A program made the position numbers and the translations under genes. The notes under the pieces were generated by a model. That model saw only the letters and a list, made by a program, of their open reading frames with translations, had not been told where the DNA came from and searched no databases. 36,960 nt of DNA, from NCBI GenBank assembly GCA_964562735.1, contig CAZLUK010000074.1, positions 1 to 36,960 of the forward strand, in the 5' to 3' direction. Shown here piece by piece: positions 32,016 through 36,960 of this stretch; position 1 is the stretch's first letter; each line of letters starts with the position of its first letter. Source of the DNA: an uncultured Candidatus Peribacteria bacterium (GTDB lineage Bacteria > Patescibacteriota > Gracilibacteria > Peribacterales > Peribacteraceae).

Positions 32016-34281
32016 CCCACGTGAAAACCGATGACTGGTCAGACCATTGCACGGAGTTCGTCTGGTTGCGCTGTCCCAGTACCGGCAGCGAAACCGTGAG
32101 CAGGCTTGCGGCCGCCAAGATTTGACCGTTTGTTACGTTGGCCGATAGCCGGTACGTCTGAGATTCGCCCTGCCCGATGCGGCTCTGGATGGTGCCGTTT
32201 TGAATACCGGAACAAACGACGTCGAAGTTTCCGGTAGTAGCGCCTGCGGTACACGCAAGCTGCGCCTGGGGATTGTTCTTAACCGTGAGCTTGAAGCTGA
32301 GGGGATCGATCTGGACGTTTTGCGCAGTCACACGGAACGTAAGCGTCTGGAGCACCACATCGTCGTAGCCGAACTGGTAGTTAGTGTGGGGCAGCGCCGT
32401 GAACTTGAACGCGGCGATAGCATTGAATCCCGATGGAATGAAACTTTCGGTCGTCGTGGCGTCATTCAGGATCGATCCGATACTCGCAAATGCCGTTTCA
32501 CCAGTCTTCCCTGTGATCGGTGCATTCGGCAGCGGCAACGAGACACCGACGAAAATTTCTCCGCCGGCGATTCCATTACCATCGTTCTGGGTCAGTTCTT
32601 GTGAGGACGATACGCCGCGGGCATCGAATGCGTGGCCACTTAAGTCGGTGTTACCAGCAATCGTAAGCGTCATGCTCTGGCCGCTTAGGCCTCCCAGCTG
32701 GTCATTTTTCATGCGTGCTGATACCGCGATAATGGCTTCCTTATCGGGATCGATGATGAGTGAATAAAGCGGAAGAACGGTGCAGAAGCGAATCGCAGGC
32801 TGATCCGGGCACTGGCCGTTACTTGCCTGAGCGAACGGAGTCATCGTTCCTGTATTGAGTGTCTGTCCGGGCGTGAGACGATACAGCAGCAGCGAGCCAA
32901 CGCTTGAGACCACACCGTCGATGCGAATAGTCTTTAGGTCAATGCGTTCGCCTTCGGCGCGGAGCCGGAACCGAAGCAGCGTATCGGTCGTCGTAGAATT
33001 GAGCAAAATATGGCTGCGGATCGGCAGCGTATCTTCGGTCACGAACAGATTGCCGCGGTCGGCTACAGCGATATTGGTGCTGCCAGACGTGTTGACGCGG
33101 ATGAAACAGTTGCCCGCGGTGCAGACGCCGTCAGTTTCTATTCCTTCGAGAGTCAGTGCGTCATCCGTGCCCTGAGCCTCGATGTACTCTGGTAGTGAAG
33201 TAGCGAATGCAAGCCCGATCATGACTGGCCCGAGCGTGGAAACGAGATCAGCCTTCACAAGGAAGGGCACGATAAGCCCCTTTGGCAGCTTAACGCCGCC
33301 ACCGAGCATCGAATCGAAAATCAGTCGTCCCGCCTCCACTTTTCCGGATGCCTGCGCAGTTGTCTCGTAGAGGCCGTCGCCGTCGCGATCCATCATGAGC
33401 GCATAGTTCTGGCCGTACAGGAGTGAGCCCACCGATGGTTCGAAAACGAGGTTCGTGAGCCGTGCGTCCTGCCGTCCGGAGACGGCGCTAAATTTCAGCA
33501 GGGTTACGTTTTTTTGTCCTTTGGCAACTATTGTGAGTGTGCCGGTCGTCTGTTGATCGATCTGGAGGATGGCCCGGCGTATCGGTTCCGGCACCAGGAT
33601 ACAGATTGAGCTGCAGCCGTCGGAATCTTGGACGTTGCCGTCGTCGCACTGTTCCGAGGCTTCAGTCACGCTATTGCCGCATACTGGTCTGGTTCCGGGC
33701 GTTTGGCTGCTGTCTTCATCGTCGATGACGAGTACGTACGTGATTTCTGCCATCTCACCCCGTGTCAGGATGTGAGCCGGATTCTTCAGAAGTACTGTCA
33801 GGATGCCGCGAGCCCGGGCTTCGTTCAGATATCGTTCGTACCATGCGCCATCTGTTTTTTCGGGCGTGATGCTGTAGGTGAGCATCGCCATTTTGAGAGC
33901 TTCATCGAGCTGCACCATGCGTTCCGGACGAAATGTACCGTCCGGATATCCTTCGACGATGCCGAGTTCTCGCGCAGCGCACGTCGTCTGTGCGTACCAC
34001 TGCGGTGTCTGGGTGTCCAGATCCGTAAAGCACCGGAAATCAGTCGGGATTCTACCCTGAAAACGGCTTTCCATGAGGATCTTCAGAAATTCCGCGCGGT
34101 TGATTGCCGCCTTCGGCCGGAAGGTGCCGTCACCGTAGCCTTCCACGATGCCGCGTTCGCTAAGCCTTGTGATGGCGCTTGCATACGGCGATGAAGCACT
34201 ATCAGAAAAAGAGGCGCTGACGCCGGGACTGCCGAGCAGAAAAAGTGGGATTGCGAGAGATGCGAAACGGCGGAGATGCAT
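31969..34281 (-). CDS. Secreted surface protein with N-terminal SLH domains and a cysteine-rich repeat
   Basis: The 770-aa product has a signal-peptide-like N-terminus (MHLRRFASLAIPLFLLGSPGVSA). It has repeated SLH-like units (..GIVEGYGDGTFRPKAAINRAEFLKIL.., ..GIVEGYPDGTFRPERMVQLDEALKM..). It has CGNSVTEASEQCDDGNVQDSDGCSSIC (Myxococcus-type cysteine-rich repeat), followed by a long T/S/G/N-rich beta-looking region. Confidence 0.8.
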   Translation of the reverse strand: MHLRRFASLAIPLFLLGSPGVSASFSDSASSPYASAITRLSERGIVEGYGDGTFRPKAAINRAEFLKILMESRFQGRIPTDFRCFTDLDTQTPQWYAQTTCAARELGIVEGYPDGTFRPERMVQLDEALKMAMLTYSITPEKTDGAWYERYLNEARARGILTVLLKNPAHILTRGEMAEITYVLVIDDEDSSQTPGTRPVCGNSVTEASEQCDDGNVQDSDGCSSICILVPEPIRRAILQIDQQTTGTLTIVAKGQKNVTLLKFSAVSGRQDARLTNLVFEPSVGSLLYGQNYALMMDRDGDGLYETTAQASGKVEAGRLIFDSMLGGGVKLPKGLIVPFLVKADLVSTLGPVMIGLAFATSLPEYIEAQGTDDALTLEGIETDGVCTAGNCFIRVNTSGSTNIAVADRGNLFVTEDTLPIRSHILLNSTTTDTLLRFRLRAEGERIDLKTIRIDGVVSSVGSLLLYRLTPGQTLNTGTMTPFAQASNGQCPDQPAIRFCTVLPLYSLIIDPDKEAIIAVSARMKNDQLGGLSGQSMTLTIAGNTDLSGHAFDARGVSSSQELTQNDGNGIAGGEIFVGVSLPLPNAPITGKTGETAFASIGSILNDATTTESFIPSGFNAIAAFKFTALPHTNYQFGYDDVVLQTLTFRVTAQNVQIDPLSFKLTVKNNPQAQLACTAGATTGNFDVVCSGIQNGTIQSRIGQGESQTYRLSANVTNGQILAAASLLTVSLPVLGQRNQTNSVQWSDQSSVFTWVDIPDISVSSTVYRN

Positions 34282-34390
34282 AGGGGGACTATTATATAGT
34301 AGGACGTATGTGGATTGTACGTCGTTCCCTACCGCGCCCGTGATTCAGTTGAGTAGAGCAGACCGTGCGGCCTTCTTTAAGCGGACAGCC

Positions 34391-35509
34391 ATGTCCGTCG
34401 GACTCTTTGTGTTTTTACTTTCCGTCGGTGCAAATGTGTTTTTTCTTGCAACGCGAGCTACGTCCGATTCCTCCGTACAATGCAGCGTGTCTTCTCCCAT
34501 GGACGAAACACCGCTCCTTATGGGTCCTAAAACATTCGGTCGGGTTATGCGCGGATTTCCCTCGAAGACCGTGAGGATGTCCGGCACGAGCGCACTGCTA
34601 CCGGTTGTCTCGTACATAATTCCGGAGGGAATGATGCCGCCGCTTAATAGAGAGCTGCCACTCTTCCGCGATCAGGGCGTACCGCTCGACGAGTCCGAAG
34701 TGCAGCGCATATTCAGCCGCCTCGGTGTCACGTTAGCCTGGAAGGACTTGCGGCTGCTTCCAACCCTCGAGCGTTGGCGCACATCCGACCGCACCATGGA
34801 AATCGCTCTTGATATCGAGAAACGCGCTCTCACGGTGACGCGTTCCGGTGCATTCAGTCCGTCAACGGAGGGCCGCGCAGGTGACTCAGCAGTCATTGCC
34901 ATTGCCCGTGAATTCGCCGCAACGCTCGGCATTAATCTGGTTCAATCAAGTGTCCCGCATATCGTGGAACGCTCAACCGAACCAGGCGGGATTTCAAAGA
35001 CGTACGTTATTTGGCCGATGATCTTCAAAGACGTTCCACTCCTGGATACCGACGCTCAGCCAGTACCGGCGGTGCAGGTGCAGGTGGGTAGGTTGTCCCG
35101 TAAGGCTCTCAGCATGACCGTCACTCTCTTGCAGCCTGATCGCATGTCGTTATCAGCGTATCCGAGTTCCTCTAAAGATTTAGTGACTGCCAGTCTGGCC
35201 GCAGGCGGATTTATTCCAATCGCCAACGATCTGAGTGGAAACAAAACCGATGTCGTGTATACGTCGATTACGCCGTCGTACGTCCTGCTACTCGGTGACC
35301 GCGAGTTTCCAACGTACATTGTTCCGACTCTGCTTGCGGAGTTTAGGCAGGGCGCGGTTTCCGGCAGAACATTTGTCCCGGCTCTCAGTCCTGATCATTT
35401 TCTGTGGCGTCCGCACCTGAAGGTCGTGCCAGTCCCGGCTGGCAGCGGATCCATCATACCTCGGGCTTCCACCAGTAGTGCGGTGCAGACCGGTTCCAGT
35501 GTCAAATAA
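34391..35509 (+). CDS. Hypothetical membrane-anchored or exported protein (372 aa)
   Basis: From ORF 34148..35509, trimmed to ATG 34391 because the extension overlaps the divergent SLH gene start. The N-terminus MSVGLFVFLLSVGANVFFLA looks like a signal anchor. No motif recognised. Confidence 0.6.
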   Translation: MSVGLFVFLLSVGANVFFLATRATSDSSVQCSVSSPMDETPLLMGPKTFGRVMRGFPSKTVRMSGTSALLPVVSYIIPEGMMPPLNRELPLFRDQGVPLDESEVQRIFSRLGVTLAWKDLRLLPTLERWRTSDRTMEIALDIEKRALTVTRSGAFSPSTEGRAGDSAVIAIAREFAATLGINLVQSSVPHIVERSTEPGGISKTYVIWPMIFKDVPLLDTDAQPVPAVQVQVGRLSRKALSMTVTLLQPDRMSLSAYPSSSKDLVTASLAAGGFIPIANDLSGNKTDVVYTSITPSYVLLLGDREFPTYIVPTLLAEFRQGAVSGRTFVPALSPDHFLWRPHLKVVPVPAGSGSIIPRASTSSAVQTGSSVK

Positions 35510-35512
35510 AAA

Positions 35513-35573
35513 ACGGGCAACCGGTTTGGAATCCCTGAGTTCATTATGCAAGGATCCTAAACCGGCTGCCCGT
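35513..35573 (-). terminator. Intrinsic terminator of the minus-strand RNA candidate
   Basis: A 15-bp stem pairs 35559-35573 with 35513-35527. The single imperfect pair is G.U on the minus strand and A.C on the plus strand. On the minus strand UUUUUUAUUU follows. Confidence 0.65.
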
Positions 35574-35961
35574 TACCGTACTCAATCGTAAGACTGAGGA
35601 CGTTCCCCCGGCGTCGACCAGGCGCCAGAGAACTCCCCACACCTCGAATCGATTTGTTGCAGCGGTATCGAGCCGCCATGTGTGTTTGTGATATCCCGAA
35701 GCTTCGGGAATCGAGGTTCCGATGAGGCTCGGAACGTGCCATGTGTTTGTGTGTGGTGTGGAATCCCTCCCCTGATTTGCGGGAGGGAACCCTTCGGTCG
35801 AGAGTGTGCACAGCTCTGCATCCTTTCGGCGTGCATGCTATTCACACCGGGGTCCAAAGAGCAGGGAGGGAGATGGAATCGGTTCTTCCGGTATCGATCC
35901 CATCGCTCTCTCTGCGCGTAAACCCCTGGTTGAGGTGCGGCGAGGATGTAAATGAACGAAT
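35574..35961 (-). ncRNA. Candidate structured non-coding RNA of unknown class
   Basis: It has its own promoter and terminator on the minus strand. It contains many local helices: 35581-98, 35608-28, 35695-708, 35716-35, 35765-87 and 35872-94. Four of these carry G.U on minus versus A.C on plus. There is no credible CDS. The 5' end is estimated from the -10 element. Confidence 0.45.
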
Positions 35962-35967
35962 CCAAAC

Positions 35968-35996
35968 AGTATAGACTTTTTTTTGAGTTGTTGCAA
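35968..35996 (-). promoter_or_regulatory. Sigma70-like promoter of the RNA candidate
   Basis: Minus strand reads TTGCAA (35996-35991), a 17-nt spacer, then TATACT (35973-35968). Confidence 0.5.
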
Positions 35997-36012
35997 TATC
36001 AATTCGTATAAT
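35983..36012 (+). promoter_or_regulatory. Putative gmk promoter, back-to-back with the RNA promoter
   Basis: TTGAGT (35983-88), an 18-nt spacer, then a perfect TATAAT (36007-12). Confidence 0.4.
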
Positions 36013-36168
36013 TGCTCACTGAGTCTGCAATCGAAAAAAACTCATCATTCTTCAACGGGAGCGGGTTTCCTACCCGCGGTTGGAGAGTCTCAGCTATGAT
36101 CAACAAAAACAGGCTCAGTGATCACTTAGTGCTTTTCTGCCCTCATCCCTTTCCTCTACCATGCACCC

Positions 36169-36759
36169 ATGCCAAAGTCCGGAAAACTCGTCCTTATCAT
36201 TGGTCCGAGCGGAGTAGGGAAGAGCGCCATCCTGAAATCGCTCCGTGCCGCACATCCCGAATTCGTATTCCCAAAGTCAGCCACAACGCGGCAGCGGCGT
36301 GCCGGAGAAGGCGACGATCTGTATCACTTCGTATCCGAGGACGATTTTACAACGTGGCTAAGTGACGGTAAATTTCTCGAGTGGGCGCAGGTTCATAGAG
36401 GCGCTCGCTACGGAACGCTGCTTGCGGAAATCATTCCATCCATCGAACAGGGAAAAACCGTCGTGCGGGAAGTCGACGCGCAGGGATTCGAGAGCATTCG
36501 GAATCACACTGACTTCCAGTCGGGCGGCAAATATCGCCTCCAAACTATCTTTATTCTTCCCGAAAGCGCCGAGCAACTGATCGACCAAATCCAGAAGCGC
36601 GCGCCAATGCCGCAAGAAGAACTGGATCGTAGGCTTGCGAGCATGCGCGAGGAACTGAAGATCGCCGAGAAAACCAACATCCAGATAAAAAATCCGCATG
36701 GCAAACTAGGCCAGACGATTGCGGCGGTGGAGAGAGCAGTCATAAGTCACAAGTCATAA
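36169..36759 (+). CDS. gmk: Guanylate kinase
   Basis: The 196-aa product has the P-loop GPSGVGKS, plus SATTRQRRAGEGDDLYHFVS and EWAQVHRGARYGT. Confidence 0.9.
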   Translation: MPKSGKLVLIIGPSGVGKSAILKSLRAAHPEFVFPKSATTRQRRAGEGDDLYHFVSEDDFTTWLSDGKFLEWAQVHRGARYGTLLAEIIPSIEQGKTVVREVDAQGFESIRNHTDFQSGGKYRLQTIFILPESAEQLIDQIQKRAPMPQEELDRRLASMREELKIAEKTNIQIKNPHGKLGQTIAAVERAVISHKS

Positions 36760-36816
36760 GTCATGTAAGTCACAAGTGTTTTTACTTATGATTTGTGACT
36801 TCAGCACTTATGACTT
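36751..36816. terminator. Two-tier word-repeat hairpin (AAGTCA(C/T)A words) between convergent genes
   Basis: The outer 11-bp stem pairs 36751-61 with 36806-16. The inner 9-bp stem pairs 36767-75 with 36793-801. It begins inside the last gmk codons. Confidence 0.55.
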
Positions 36817-36819
36817 TCT

Positions 36820-36960
36820 TCACTCCGCCTTATCCTCTCCCAAATGCTGCCGGCGGCGTTCTTTGAGCACGTGATTTCCCACGATTGAACTGATGGCTCC
36901 ACCGATTATAAATCCAATAATTGCTCGTCGCATGACAGTGCGGAGCTTGCTTTCTTTCGG
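36820..36960 (-). CDS. Small glycine-zipper-like membrane ORF, possibly the 3' end of a longer gene running off the window
   Basis: Reverse-strand translation gives ...PKESKLRTVMRRAIIGFIIGGAISSIVGNHVLKERRRQHLGEDKAE with stop at 36820-22. An internal ATG lies at 36933. There is no stop up to the window edge. Confidence 0.3.
   Translation of the reverse strand, partial: PKESKLRTVMRRAIIGFIIGGAISSIVGNHVLKERRRQHLGEDKAE

Noticed and set aside
35574-35961. RNase P RNA, tmRNA, SRP RNA or 6S RNA as the identity of the structured region.
   Set aside because: Neither strand has GGAAAGUCC or ACAGAA (RNase P P4). There is no tRNA-like acceptor/T-arm with a CCA end and no tag ORF (tmRNA). There is no GGAAGCAGC domain IV motif (SRP). 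The size and shape are unlike 6S. GUAAACCCC on the plus strand is an isolated coincidence.
35582-35965. A 127-aa TTG-initiated ORF, plus an overlapping 84-aa ORF and plus-strand ORFs, covering the orphan RNA region.
   Set aside because: The composition is dominated by R, P, G, H, S and C, with no hydrophobic core or motif. Several mutually overlapping ORFs occur on both strands. The DNA is explained better by dense helices with strand-specific G.U pairs.
36013-36168. A purine or ykkC-family riboswitch in the gmk leader. GGUUUCCUACC, CUAUGAU and GGUUGGAGAG resemble conserved junction strings.
   Set aside because: The spacing does not allow the P2/P3 hairpins of a purine riboswitch; GCGGGU-UUCCU-ACCCGC folds on itself instead. 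The 3' half of the ykkC consensus (ACGG..GGGA..AAAGCCCGGGAGA) is missing.

Overview
About 37 kb of bacterial chromosome. I saw no rRNA, CRISPR array, transposase or integrase. Taxonomic origin cannot be assigned from this window. Most of it is housekeeping genes on both strands: msrA, a TPR/PMT-like membrane protein, the membrane pyrophosphatase hppA, a PHP-less PolX, a MarR regulator, purM, ftsE, rlmE, rsmG, pyrE, pheS, a family-4 UDG, purE, a DedA protein, an AIM24/TIGR00266 protein and gmk. There is an alpha-glucan cluster (GT4/5 synthase, GH57, GH15, ROK kinase). There is a complete, translationally coupled trpE-trpGD-trpC-trpF-trpB-trpA operon. An SLH/cysteine-repeat surface protein locus and three tRNAs (Gln-CUG, Ala-GGC, Arg-GCG) are also present. 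The left edge carries an AT-rich restriction-type nuclease-helicase fragment plus an XRE gene next to tRNA-Gln, probably an island edge. The most interesting signals are non-coding or very small. (1) An orphan, densely structured RNA candidate of roughly 390-450 nt on the minus strand (35512-35996), with its own promoter and intrinsic terminator and strand-specific G.U wobbles. (2) A Trp-codon leader peptide (GWW) with terminator and antiterminator upstream of trpE. (3) A 113-bp block duplicated at 1865 and 24849 that covers a hydrophobic 15-codon uORF and the start of a 57-aa membrane ORF. (4) Two self-contained mini transcription units encoding a 22-aa polybasic peptide and a 30-aa hydrophobic peptide. 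(5) Paralogous palindromic elements bracketing rsmG. (6) A 293-bp MITE-like palindrome beside tRNA-Arg. (7) A decayed att-like duplication of the tRNA-Ala 3' end. (8) A recurring style of locus-specific short-word tandem or inverted repeats in intergenic regions. Most genes lack a Shine-Dalgarno motif. All calls come from reading the sequence by eye; no database search was run.
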